DNA from: an uncultured delta proteobacterium | GTDB taxonomy: Bacteria > Desulfobacterota > Binatia > UBA9968 | Length of the DNA: 64,000 nucleotides | Reading direction: 5' to 3' | Assembly (NCBI GenBank): GCA_963847445.1 | Contig: CAWJZV010000011.1 | Coordinates: 98,658-162,657, forward strand | Position numbers and translations under genes: made by a program | The notes under the pieces: generated by a model | The model's database searches: none | Told to the model about the DNA's origin: nothing | The model's input: the letters and a program-made list of their open reading frames with translations, nothing else | Part shown: in pieces, positions 47,094 through 58,418 of the stretch | Position numbering within the stretch: the first letter of the stretch is position 1 | Layout of the letters: the number at the start of each line of letters is the position of its first letter

Positions 47094-48983
47094 TCAAGTT
47101 TTTTCGCTGTCTGTTGCGTCAAGCTTGTCCAGCGCATAACGATAGCCGGCGTCGATGATGGCGTCGACGCTGTGCCAATCGAAAACACCGAATTGGCTGA
47201 CTGGCGGCTCGAAGCATAGATCGGCTTGCGCTTTGGCGCTCTCAATGGCGCGCACGCCGGCGACCGTGGTGGTGCGGTACAACGTATGCAAAATATTCGG
47301 CAGGTCGGGTGTGAGGACAAAGGGATTGAGCCGTTGCCAGAGCAACTTCCAACCCGAGACACTGTAGCTTTGCGCCAGTGTGCTCTTGAACTCGGCTTGT
47401 TCGCTGACGTCGACAGCGAAGACTTGTCCTTGGCAAAGTTTTTTCATCGCCGCGACCGGAAGATTATCGACCAGGCCGCCGTCAACGAAGATTTCACCAT
47501 TCTCAATGGCCGGCGGGCCTATGCCTGGGATCGACACGCTGGCACGGACGGCTTTCCATAACGAACCTTGCCGATGTATCTTGGCTTCGGCGCGGGTCAG
47601 GTTGGTCGACACGCAAAAGAAGCCGGTGCGCAGATCGTCGATCGTGGCTTCACCGAGCATTCTTGCCAGCATCCGGTCCATGCGCTTGCCGGAATTGATC
47701 GCGATGAGTGGCAGCGTGTAATTCTTCTGCGGATGGCAGCGCGGCCATTCAGCGCGGTTGACTTGCGCCATGGTTTGCCAATCCCAGCCGAGCGCATGTT
47801 GCGCGGCGATCACTGCGCCCATGCTGGTGCCGCCGATGAAATCGATGGGGATCTGTCGTTCGGTGAGAGCGCGAATGACGCCGATATGAGCGAAACCACG
47901 AGCGCCGCCGCCGCTGAGAACCAGTCCCACCGCCGTGCCGGTGAAAGTGCGGACGAGTCTGGCGATGTCGCCTGAATGCGACGGCGCGATGTGATGATGC
48001 GCGGCGAAATCTAGCGTCGCGCGCCAACGAGCAGTCTCGGCGCGCCCAATAAACCGCGGTTCATGGAGTATGACCAATTCGATGGCGGTGGCGATTCTGT
48101 TCTCGGACAAATACCGACGCAGCCTGTGCAAATGCGCAACGTCCGGCGCGCTGTCGGCGGTGCCGACCACTAAGATCAAATCGGCTTGGCGAATGCACAA
48201 CTGGCTCCATGGGGAAAGTTCCGATTCGGCTTCATAGACGACAAAGCGATGGTTGGTTTCCAAACTGCTCAGGTGCGCGCTTAATTGTCCAGTGCCTTCG
48301 GGAGGCACCATTGTTTGATCGATTAGCCCGCACAGGGCAGGCAAGGTTTCTCGGCGCAGACGGAGCGTCGCACCGGCCGTTTGCATCGCTTCCGTCAGTG
48401 CCGCGGCAAACCTGTGCGGGCGGACAGGCTCTTCTGCCGGCACCAGCGCGATGGTGCGCAGATTGCGCCGTAACAACGCCGCGTCTCGCCCCCGCCGTTC
48501 GTGGCTGGCGAGTTGCACGGCGATTTGACGGATCAGTTTGGGATCCGATTTGACCGCGCTCTCGAAGGCTGGTTGGGAAATTCTAACCAGCTCGGTGTCG
48601 CGTATCGCCCACACCGACGCCGAACGCGACTCGCCGGTCAACAGGGCAAGTTCACCGACCGTATCGCCGCGCGCCAGTTCACGGAGCGATTCGGTTGTGC
48701 CATCGTCCCGGTCGATGGTGACGCGTAATCGCCCAGAGCGCACGACATACATGGAATCGCCCGCGGCGCCGGCGGCGAACAGCAACGCTCCGCCGGGGAG
48801 ATGGACCGGCTCCAATTCGGCCTGTAGGTGGTTGAGCGTCGCCGGATTGAGCCCGGCGAAAAAAGGCATGGCTAAGAGGTCGGCGAGTTGTTCGGGTGAA
48901 AACATCGGGGGCTGGCGGTTCACGCGAGATGACTTCCCGTTTAGCGCTGCCTTGACATACTTGATTGCCGAATCGCTTTGCAA
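47094..48983 (-). CDS. cNMP-binding patatin-like phospholipase (NTE-like architecture); start may be near 48905
   Basis: Phosphate-binding cassette GELALL...RSA; patatin motifs GGGARG, GTSMG and DGG all intact. Confidence 0.92.
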   Translation of the reverse strand: MQSDSAIKYVKAALNGKSSRVNRQPPMFSPEQLADLLAMPFFAGLNPATLNHLQAELEPVHLPGGALLFAAGAAGDSMYVVRSGRLRVTIDRDDGTTESLRELARGDTVGELALLTGESRSASVWAIRDTELVRISQPAFESAVKSDPKLIRQIAVQLASHERRGRDAALLRRNLRTIALVPAEEPVRPHRFAAALTEAMQTAGATLRLRRETLPALCGLIDQTMVPPEGTGQLSAHLSSLETNHRFVVYEAESELSPWSQLCIRQADLILVVGTADSAPDVAHLHRLRRYLSENRIATAIELVILHEPRFIGRAETARWRATLDFAAHHHIAPSHSGDIARLVRTFTGTAVGLVLSGGGARGFAHIGVIRALTERQIPIDFIGGTSMGAVIAAQHALGWDWQTMAQVNRAEWPRCHPQKNYTLPLIAINSGKRMDRMLARMLGEATIDDLRTGFFCVSTNLTRAEAKIHRQGSLWKAVRASVSIPGIGPPAIENGEIFVDGGLVDNLPVAAMKKLCQGQVFAVDVSEQAEFKSTLAQSYSVSGWKLLWQRLNPFVLTPDLPNILHTLYRTTTVAGVRAIESAKAQADLCFEPPVSQFGVFDWHSVDAIIDAGYRYALDKLDATDSEKT

Positions 48984-49001
48984 GCAGCGGAAACTTGGGG
49001 A

Positions 49002-52000
49002 TCAGCCACCGTCACCGAAGACGACGAAGGGTGCCCAGAACATCGGGTGGGCGTAGCTGTAGGACTTGCCCGCAGTTTGCTGCATGACCGCGAGCGAAGC
49101 GTCGCGCAGCGCTTGGGCGCGGCTGAGCTTGGTTTGTTCGGTTTGGCGCTTGAACAATTCGGTTGTGAGCAGTTTTGCTGAGACGGTTTCCACCGGCCAG
49201 TGTGAAACCAGCAAGGCTTTTGCGCCAGCAAAAAAGAATGCGCGGCCAAGTCCAGAAACCGCTTCCGAAGCCTGGCCATCGGCGGATGCGGTGTTGCAGG
49301 CCGACAGCACGACCCAATCGGCGCGCAACTTCAATTCAAGTATCTCGGCGAGGGTCAGCAAGCCATCGTCTTTTTCATTGGTGATTGTCGGATTGCTCAA
49401 CGCCAACGCTGGTTGGGACAGCTCGGGCAATTCACCGGCGACCAGGCCGTGGGTGGCGAACATGACGACGCGGTATTGAGAGAGATCCGATTGTTTGACG
49501 AACTGTTCCGAGGCGCTCTTGCCGAGATGAACATCGTTCCCGGTGTCTGCGCGCAATATCTTGGCGATGTCACGGACTTCCTCGGAGGTGTCGGGCAAGG
49601 GTTCGAGCAGTTCGAGATTGCTCGATCGCCGTTGTCCTTGCCCGGTGTTCGCCGGTGCTCCTAGCGCCATCGCATTACGCCGCACGATTCCGCGCGACGC
49701 AACCGACGTTGAGACGCCGCTCGGCGTCTGGTTTGCTTTGAACAACGGATCGCCGAAGCCGATAAAACTTTTTGCCGCCGGCTGCGCCACAGTGGTTCTG
49801 AGACTTGCCAGCGCGCTGAGCGAAGGCAGATAGGAAATCGCTACTTGTTTGAGCAGCCACGGTGCCTCGGCATGCTCCGCGAAAGGTGTGCTGCTCTGGC
49901 TGGTCTTGGTCGGCTTGAAAGGAGCTGTGACCAGCACGGAAAGCGGAATTTCACTCAAAGCACCGTGCGAAACGATGATCAACTCCCTGGCGCCCTTCCA
50001 TCCAGCCTCCACGGGAGCCAGCAATTTACGATAGAGATCGTAGGCGGTGTCGTACTCGAAGGCCGGCAGTTTGTTAATATCGACGTCGCTCGGGTCGAGG
50101 ACTTTGCGCAATCGGGCGACACTTTCAACCAGCGATGCCTGCGGCAAATCGACAACACTGAACGACGCTTGCCCGTTTGCTTTCACGGCCCAAACTAGCG
50201 TCTTGTCTTGCGTCGTGTACAGAGAAATCAGCGCTTCATCCGCGCGCAGGAGTTTTTGGGTGTCGGCAATCGTCTGGGTTTTCGGCTCCATGAGTTCAAC
50301 GTAGTTGGGCATCTTGAGCCGCAGCTCGGCTTGAGCCTTTTCATTGTCTTGGCGCAAACGGACAAGCTCGGCTTGAGCTTTGGCTAACGCTTGCGCTTTC
50401 TCCTGACTGTTCTCCGAGCTTTGTAGAATGGTCAGCGATTCGGATGCGACCTTGACGGCGTGTTCCAAATCCTGGGCGCGGCGCATTGCCGCGGCGGATT
50501 CTGGGTCGTTGTTTCCGGCGCGCACGATCGCCGCCGAGAGCGCCTTCTGAACTTTGCTGCCGCGCGCCACGTCAGCCATGCGAAAAGCTTCGGCGGCGGG
50601 CTCAATTCCTTCTACTCGCGCGCCCTTTTGGTGCATGTCGGCCAGCAAGGCGATGTAGCCATCCAAAAACCAATTGAGCCGCGCCGAGGAAAGATAACCG
50701 TCCTCGCCAGCAGTATTCTTATCCCGACGTAATTCTAAGATCTTCGGGATCGCCGCCGACAGCGTTTTAATCGCCGCATCTCTTTGACCAATGGCGCCAA
50801 GGCCGAGGGCGTGAAACGCCCGGCCATCCCAGAGCCGGACCGAGCCTGCGTCATCGAACTTTTCCCGGAACTTGAGAATTGACCCTAACATCGCCAGCCC
50901 TTCCTGGGTGCGGCCGAGGCGCAGCATGACATAGCCCCACTCGGGAGAGATGGTTCCCGTCAGCGCACTTTGCTGCTTATTCGCCCGTTGGCCGTCGCGC
51001 CAGGCTTTGAAAATCTCGTCCGCTTTGAGCCAGTTGCCCTGGGCCATCTCGCTCTGCGCCAACAATAGGCGCATGTCGGCAACTTGAACGCCGCCCTCGC
51101 CGCCGGGTATTCTCTGCAACTGAGCGATGGACGTTTCAATTAGACTTGTCGCTTCACGAATCAATCCTTGCTCTAAATAAACCCGCGCTATCGAACGGGA
51201 CACCGCCGACGCTTCGAAACTGTCGCGCTGCTGCTTCTGGGCGACAACGCGCGCGGCTTCGCGGGCGTCGTTGATGTAGGCGCCGGCTTCGCGAACTTTG
51301 CCGACAATGGCGGCGTGTTCCATCGCCCGGCTCAGACAGCGCGGCAGATATGGGTACCATATTCCAGATGTCCTTGGGATTTTTGTCGAGGTAGGAACGA
51401 ATGGCCGTTACGCAAGTACGGTAGTCCGCTTCGGCATCTTTAGGGAAGCCAAGCATGGCATTTACGTTAGCTTTGGCATCGCTCAGCAGCGCTTCCCAGA
51501 GGTCGCGAAACTGCGGCCAGTCCCGATTCGTAGCTCTGACCGCGGCGAATAATTCGTCCGCCGTGGCGAGATAGCGTTTGCCCCCTTCCCGATCGAGCAG
51601 GCGCACGGCGATGCCCGCCAAGAAGTTTGCTTGAAAAAATTTTCTGCCGCGGTCGGCGGTGACTTGAAGGGCGTTTTCACGCATGCCTCTGGCGCCGTGC
51701 CAATCGCCGGAATCGACCAATGCCCGTGCCGCTGAGTCGTAAAGTGAATACGACAGCGGATCTTTCGGGCCGACGATGCGAATGGCTTCGTTGAGTTCGC
51801 GCAATTGTCGGTCTGTGTCGCGCTGGGCGCCAGCGGCCTGAGCCCGTGCCAGATAGATTTTTACCAACTCTGCCTTCGGCGTGTTGTTCGGGTCCGGCGG
51901 CGGGGCGTCGAGAATGGCCTGCGACCTTGAGGATTGTTCAGTGCTCGGTGCGGCCGCAGCGAACAGGCGACCATTGCCGCTCGCGATTGTCAGCGCGATT

Positions 52001-52032
52001 GTCAGGACCATGACTGTGCCGTGCATTATCAC
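49002..52032 (-). CDS. Secreted TPR-like/CHAT caspase-like protease, copy 2 (frameshift near 51350)
   Basis: Hydrophobic N-terminus, long helical repeat region, catalytic FATHG and LSACNT, terminal HPMFWAPF. Confidence 0.9.
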
Positions 52033-52076
52033 CCCGTGATTCCAAAGATGATGGCTGATTTTCTCTCAGAGCTTGG

Positions 52077-55000
52077 CTACCCGCCATCGCCGACGACGAC
52101 GAAGGGCGCCCAGAACATCGGATGAGCGTAGCTATACGACTTGCCCGCCGATTGCTGCATAACCGCAAGCGAAGCTTCGCGCACAGCCTGGGCGCGGCTG
52201 GATTTTTGCATCGCTAGACTGTCGTTTGAACAATTCCGTCGTAAGCAGTTTCGCCGACACCGTTTCCACCGGCCAGTGGGATACCAGCAAAGCTTTGGCG
52301 CCGGCGAAGAAAAAGGCGCGGCCCAGGCCTGAGACCGCTTCGGATGCCTGGCCGTCGGCGGATGCGGTGTTGCAGGCCGATAAGACGACCCAATCGGCGC
52401 GCAACTTGAGGCCGAGAATTTCCGCTAGTGTGAGCAGGCCGTCTTCTTTCTCTCCCGTAATAGCCGGATTGCTGAGCGCCAACGCCGGTTGGTTCAATTC
52501 CGGCAACTCGCCCGGCACCAAGCCGTGAGTCGCGAACATGACGACCCGGTAGGCGCTGAGGTCGGCGTTTTTCACCGACTGCTCGCTGGCGCGTCGGCCC
52601 AGGTGAATATCGCGGCTCTCGTCGGCGCGGAGAATTTTCGCGATGTCGCGCACTTCGTCGGCGGTGTCAGGCAGGGCTTGGAGCAATTCCAAATTGCTCG
52701 TCGGCGAACTCGGCGCCGCAGGAGCCTTGGCATTACGCCGCACCATGCCGCGCGCAGCGACGGGCGCGGCTGCTTTCGCGCCGCCACCAAAAACCGGATC
52801 GCCGAAGCCGATAAAACTATTTGCCGCTGACGGAGTCGCGCCGCGGCGCAGGCTTGCCAGCGCGGACAACGATGGCAGATAAGAAATCGCGGCGCTCCTG
52901 AGCAGCCAGGGCGCGCCGCCGTGGTCGCTAAACGGAATGCCGGCTTTGTTCGGCTGATAGGCGCTCGTGACCAGCACCGAAAAAGGCAGTTCACTGAGCG
53001 CGCCATGGGGCACGATGATCAGTTCCTTGGCGTTTTTCCATCCCGCTTCCACAGGCGCCAAGAGTTTTTGATAGAGTTCGAGCGCTGTGGCGAAATCGAA
53101 GGTGGGCACTTGGCTGATGTCGGCTTCGGTCGGGTCGAGAGCTTTGCGCAGTTTGGTGACGAGCTCGGCAACCTTCGCGCTGGGCAGATCGACAACTTGA
53201 AATGCCGGCTGCCCTTGGCCTGCCATCGCCCAGACCAGCGTTTGCTGTTGCGTCGAGTAGAGGGAAATCAGCGCTTCTTGCGGTTTCAGCAACTTCTGCG
53301 CATCACCAATGGTCAGTGGTTTGGCATTCAACAATTCCGAATAGTCGGGCAGCTTGCGCTTGAGCTCGGCTTGGGCCTGGTCATTTTCCTCGCGCACTCG
53401 TGCCAGCTCCGCGCGGGTTTTGTCGATGACTTTTTCACGATTGGGATCAGGTTTGTCAGGTTTTACGCCTTGCTGCAGGGCGGTGAGCGCCTCCGAGATC
53501 GCTTTGACCTGGTAGTCGAGATCTTGGGCGCGCCGCAGTACCGCGGCTAGTTGTGGGTCGTTGATGCTGGCACGCACGATGGCGGCGGAGAGCGCCTTCT
53601 CGACGCGGCTGGCGCGGGCCAAATCGGCGATGCGAAACGCTTCGACGTAAGGTTCGATTCCAGCGGTACGAACTTTGGCGCGGTGCAGATCGGCCAAGAG
53701 CGCGATGTAGCCCTCCAAGATCCAACCGGTCCGAGCCGAAGTGAGAAAACCGCTCTCCGTGGACCCCTGGCCGCGTCCTAACTCAAGGAGTTTAGGAATG
53801 GTGACAGCCAATGTCTTAACCGCGGCTTCCTTATCGCCGGCAGCGCCGATACCGAGTGCATGAAACGCACGGCTATCCCACAAATATAGCGAATCGTCGT
53901 CGAATCGTTTTTGGCTTGTCGTGAGATCCGCGTTAAGAACGTTCATCGCCTCTTGGGTCTTGCCGAGGCGCAGCAGCGCGTAGCCCCAGTCAGGCACATT
54001 TTCCGTGTCGAGCTCTTCTGCCTGCGCCTTGTTGGCGCGTAAACCGTCGCGCCGGGCACGAAAGTGCTCTTCGGCTTTGAGCCAATTCCCTTGAATCATT
54101 TCCAACTGCGCGGCGAAGAGACGGACAGCGCCGACTTGCAAGGACGCTTCGCCCTGTTGAAATTTTTCGCTGCGGCTGATCGTCGAGTCGATTAGCTCCT
54201 TAGCTTCAGTCAACAGTCCCTGTTCGAGATATACCCGCGCGATGGGCCGCGCCGTGCGCGTCTCAAACAGCAGCCGCTGATGCGCTTGGGCATAGGCTTT
54301 CGCTGTTTCGCGGACATCGTTAACATAGGCGCCCGCCTCGCGCAGGTATCCGAGCCGCGCCGCCAGCTCCACGGAGCGGCCCAGACACTGGGGCAAATAG
54401 TAGTAGCTATTGTCCGCCGGATTCGGGGTTTTGCCCATGTAGCTGCGAATCGCCGTGGTGCATGTGCGGTAATGGCTCTGAGCTTCGATGAGGTAGCCGA
54501 AAGAAAGGTTATAGTTGCCCTTGGATTCGCTGAGCGCCGCTTGCCAAAAATTGCCGAAACGTCCCCAGTCTGGATTGCCGCGGCGCACCGAGGAAAGCAG
54601 GCTGTCGGCGCGCGACAAATAGGTTTTGGCGCTGTCGCGGTCGCGCAGTACGGCGCTGATCGAGCTAAGATAATTGAGTTGAAAGAATTGCCGTCCGGCG
54701 CTTCCAGCGACCTCTAACGCCAACTCGCGCGCGGCGCGGGCACTGACATAGTCGCCCCGGTCTAGATCGAGCGGCGCGCGGCGATTGTAGAATTCATAGG
54801 CGTTCGGATCTTTTGCCCCGACGGCTTGAATTCCGGCATCGAGTTCTTTCAATTCCCGGTCCAAATCGCCAAGTGTGCTCGCCGCCCGGCCGCGCTCCAT
54901 ATAGATTTTCGTTAACGCCGCTTTGGAGTGTTCCTTGGGGTCCGGTGGTGGCGCGTCGAGAATCTTTTTTAACTCCTCTGCTGGCAACCTGGGGGCGGCC

Positions 55001-55077
55001 GCACTGGCGGCAAAACTGTTGTTGCTGAGGAGTAATGCCAGAATCAGTATGGCGAGAAAAAAGTTCGATTGTTTCAC
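52077..55077 (-). CDS. Secreted TPR-like/CHAT caspase-like protease, copy 1 (frameshift near 52200)
   Basis: Signal peptide MKQSNFFLAILILALLLSNNSFA; FATHG and LSACNT; end HPMFWAPFVVVGDGG* in the shifted frame; RBS GGAGG. Confidence 0.92.
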
Positions 55078-55360
55078 TAAATCCTCCGAAGACTAGCAGC
55101 GGCCGATAGCCGCTCCACAAGGACGCTATGCTGTTCACGCTAAGTTAAGAGAACGACGCTAGTCCGTCAATCCCATGTCAACTTCCTTTTCGCGCGGTTT
55201 TTGACTACCCTGGCGCCGCATCTATCCTTTTGTCTTGGCGTATTATGGCTGGTGTCTGCGACTTCCGCGTGGTGAATATCGTAATTTCGACCGGTGGCAC
55301 AGTTTGCTTGCCGCAGTTGCTGGGCTGCATTAGGCCTCATGGTGGAGCCATGATTCGGAG

Positions 55361-57246
55361 ATGAAACTCCTCCAGACACTACGGCGCCGCAAACGTCGGT
55401 TCTTCAAGTCGCTTCTGTTGGGCGTAGGCGTCAGCATCCTGGTTTCCATCGCTTCCTATCTGGGCTATCTGGATTCGATCGAAGCCAAAGCCTTGGACCT
55501 GCTCCTGCGACTGCGCGGCCAGCAGCGTTCGCCGGAGATCGTGCTGATCAAGATCGACGACCAGGCGTTCGCCAAACTTGGCGAGAAGCAGCCGTTGCCG
55601 CGAGACTATATCGCGAGCCTGGTCGATGTCGCCGCTCGCGGCGGGGCTAGGGTGATAGGGATCGATATCGAATTCAAAGTGGCTACCGATCCTGTTGCAG
55701 ACCAAAAACTGCTGACGGCGATCGCTGCCGCCGAAGCCAACGGTGTGACCAAGGTCGTGCCGGTTTTCGTGATTCGCCCGGCGCAAGAGGATGAGCAAGG
55801 GCTTACTTACCGCCACCTGCCGTTTTTCGATCCGGGACTCAAAGTTGTTGCTGGCTTTGCCAATGCGCCGATGGATGGCGATGGGCTGGTCCGCCAAGTG
55901 CCACTGGCGGTGCGCGGCGAAAACGGGACGATTCTGCCGTCCTTCGCGCTCGCGGTGTTGGCGCGTCACGCGGGCTACGACAGCACGAGCTTGAGCCAAC
56001 AATTGCACGGAAGGCCAACGTCCGTTTGAATCTGCCCGAGTGGCATAAGCTGAACGGTAAACTTTTACCGAACTTAACTCCCTTTGAATTTCACCTCGAC
56101 GAAAGCTGGAAAATCAATTTCGCCGGCGGCCAAGGCAGTTTTGCATCCCTGCCAAGTGAGCCGTTGGCGCAATTGGCGCGTGCCAACATTCCGTTGGCCG
56201 CCGACAATCCGTTCCGCGGCAAGATCGTTTTGATTGGCGCGAGCTTCCAGGAGAGTCGAGATTTTTTCGCCACGCCGAACGGTCTAATGAGCGGCCTGGA
56301 AATTCACGCCAATATTATCCACACGCTTTTGACCCGGTCGCACATCAAGCCAGCCAACCGAATCTTGGCGCTGTTGCTATTGCTGCTCTTCGCTGTCGCC
56401 GCGAGTGTTTTGACCACCCTGCTCAGGCCTGCAACCGTGATCGTTCTATCGCTCGTCGTCATTCCCGTGCTGTTGTTGCCATTGAGCTACGCCGCGCTGA
56501 CGCAATTGGGATTGTGGGTGGACTTCGTGACGCCGCTGTTGGTCACCAGCTGGGGCGCACTGGCCACGGAATACCGCGACAGCCGGCAGGTGCGTAAATC
56601 GCTGGGTGAGTTTGTCGGTTGGGAAGTCGCCGACCAGATCGTCCATCAAGACGAAGATTTGCAGGGAAAGAGCTTTGAAGTCTCGGTATTTTTTACCGAT
56701 GTCAGAGATTACACGACGCTCTGTGAAAGCGCGTCGCCAGACCAGATCGCGGCATTGATGCGCGAAGTATTTGGAGTCATGGGAAAAGTCATCGCCAGTC
56801 ACGGCGGCCATATATTCGACTTTATCGGTGACGCGGTACTGGCGGTGTTCGGCGCGCCGAAAACCAATCCAAATCATGCCGATGCCGCGGTGCAAAGCGC
56901 TATCGAGGTTACCGCCGCGCTTGACGAACTCAATGGGCGATGGGAAAAAAGGGGCATCCCGCGGCTGCGTATCGGTGTGGGAATTCACAGCGGTCCAGTG
57001 GTGATCGGCATCGTCGGCACGGGAGAGCGCAAGAAATATGACGTCACCGGAGATACCGTCAATACCGGATCGCGGGTCGAGGGTCTCAACAAAGAGACCG
57101 GCACGACGATTCTGATTACCCGGGAAACCATGGGGCAACTCAAAAAGCAGTTTGCTATCCGCCCCTGTGGTACAGTGAAGGTCAAGGGCCGGGCGCAAGC
57201 CGTCGAGGTGTTTGAAGTCAAATCCGCTGGAGCGGTGGAAGGTTGA
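55361..57246 (+). CDS. CHASE2-domain membrane class III nucleotidyl cyclase (frameshift near 56025)
   Basis: TM, CHASE2 (IVLIKIDD, GIDIEF, DGDGLVR, GKIVLIG, SGLEIHANI), three TMs, cyclase FTD / IGD / GIHSG / GDTVNTGSR. Confidence 0.92.
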
Positions 57247-58202
57247 GATTTATCGCCATGAAAAGAGCTGGGTTTTTCGCTGGGTCGGGAGCATTGGTTT
57301 TTCTCGTGTCGCTGGTTGGGGCAGTCTCGGCGCAAGACGCGGTCGCGGTCATCACCGAGCTTAAGTTCAATCGTGGCGATATTCAGCTACGGGTTTCGAG
57401 TAACGCCGCGCCGGCAAAGCCCGCGGTGCTGCAATCGCTCTATGCCGGCAACGTCGTGCAGACTACCAAGGACGCAGTGGCGGTGATTTTCTTTACCGAT
57501 GGCTCGCCCATGGTGACTGTGGACGAGAAGAGTCCGAGCTTCCAAGTTCGGCTATCCACGGCCAAGGGTAGCGCGGCGGGGTCGGGCGTAAAGGAAGTCG
57601 CCAGCCTGCTGGTCGGCAAAAAAAAACCGCCGACCTACGTTGCGCTGTCGGTACGCGGCAAGGCGCAGCCGCCGACGCTGTTGTCGCCGCGCAACAGCAA
57701 GATCTTGTCCGAGGGGCCGACCTTCCACTGGATGGGCATGGATCAGCAGCCCGGCACGGTCAAAGTATTCGGCCCGCAGGGGGAGATTTGGAGTGCGCAG
57801 AACATCAATCTGACCAAGATCGCCTATCCGGCGACTGCGCCGCGCTTGCAAGCCGATGTTGAATACGGCTGGTCAATCGAGAAAAAGGGTGTCGCCGCCA
57901 GCAAGACGACTTTCAAATTGCTTGGTGGGTTGGAGGCGCAGGCGGTCAAAGAACGCTTGGCCGAACTGGCGGCCATGGCTGGCGCATCGAAAACCACGCT
58001 GGCCGTGCTCAAGGCCAACCTGCTTATGTCGAAGGAACTGTTCCATGATGCTCGGGAAATCTTGATCGAAGCGATCGGCGCCGACAGCGATGAACCGACG
58101 CTGCATTTCGTCCTGGGCGAACTTTACGACAAGATCGGTCTGAAAAATCTCGCCACCGAAGAGTACAACGAGGCGGAGTATTTGGCGAAGGCCAAACAGT
58201 GA
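57243..58202 (+). CDS. Secreted protein with FecR-like N-terminal domain, DUF928-like middle and C-terminal TPR
   Basis: Signal peptide ending VSA-Q; L.AG..VQT...AVIFFTDGS; SVRG...LLSPR...PTFHW; LHFVLGELYDKIG. Confidence 0.65.
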   Translation: MRFIAMKRAGFFAGSGALVFLVSLVGAVSAQDAVAVITELKFNRGDIQLRVSSNAAPAKPAVLQSLYAGNVVQTTKDAVAVIFFTDGSPMVTVDEKSPSFQVRLSTAKGSAAGSGVKEVASLLVGKKKPPTYVALSVRGKAQPPTLLSPRNSKILSEGPTFHWMGMDQQPGTVKVFGPQGEIWSAQNINLTKIAYPATAPRLQADVEYGWSIEKKGVAASKTTFKLLGGLEAQAVKERLAELAAMAGASKTTLAVLKANLLMSKELFHDAREILIEAIGADSDEPTLHFVLGELYDKIGLKNLATEEYNEAEYLAKAKQ

Positions 58203-58418
58203 AAGATCGAAGGATTCACACAGAGGGCACAGAGAAGCAGATTCAAGAGATTCGGAAGTTTTACCGCAAAGAACGCGAAAAAATCCGAGTTCGGAGGGGC
58301 GTAATCGGACATTCGCCCCGGGGTGGTGGAGCGGCCTCCGCGGTTCAAATTATTCCGGTTAGCGCTTGCTTGAACGAATATTTCGGTGGAGGAATAGCAA
58401 TTCGCGAGGAGCAATCGT

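Noticed and set aside
55295-55312. TGGCACAGTTTGCTTGC as a sigma54 promoter for the cyclase
   Set aside because: GG-to-GC spacing is 8 or 12, not the required 10; an indel error cannot be fully excluded
47094-58202. Calling the CHAT block a CBASS, Pycsar or Craspase system
   Set aside because: No CD-NTase or Cas7-11 is present, the cyclase is a CHASE2 membrane receptor and the proteases are exported; the resemblance is only by analogy
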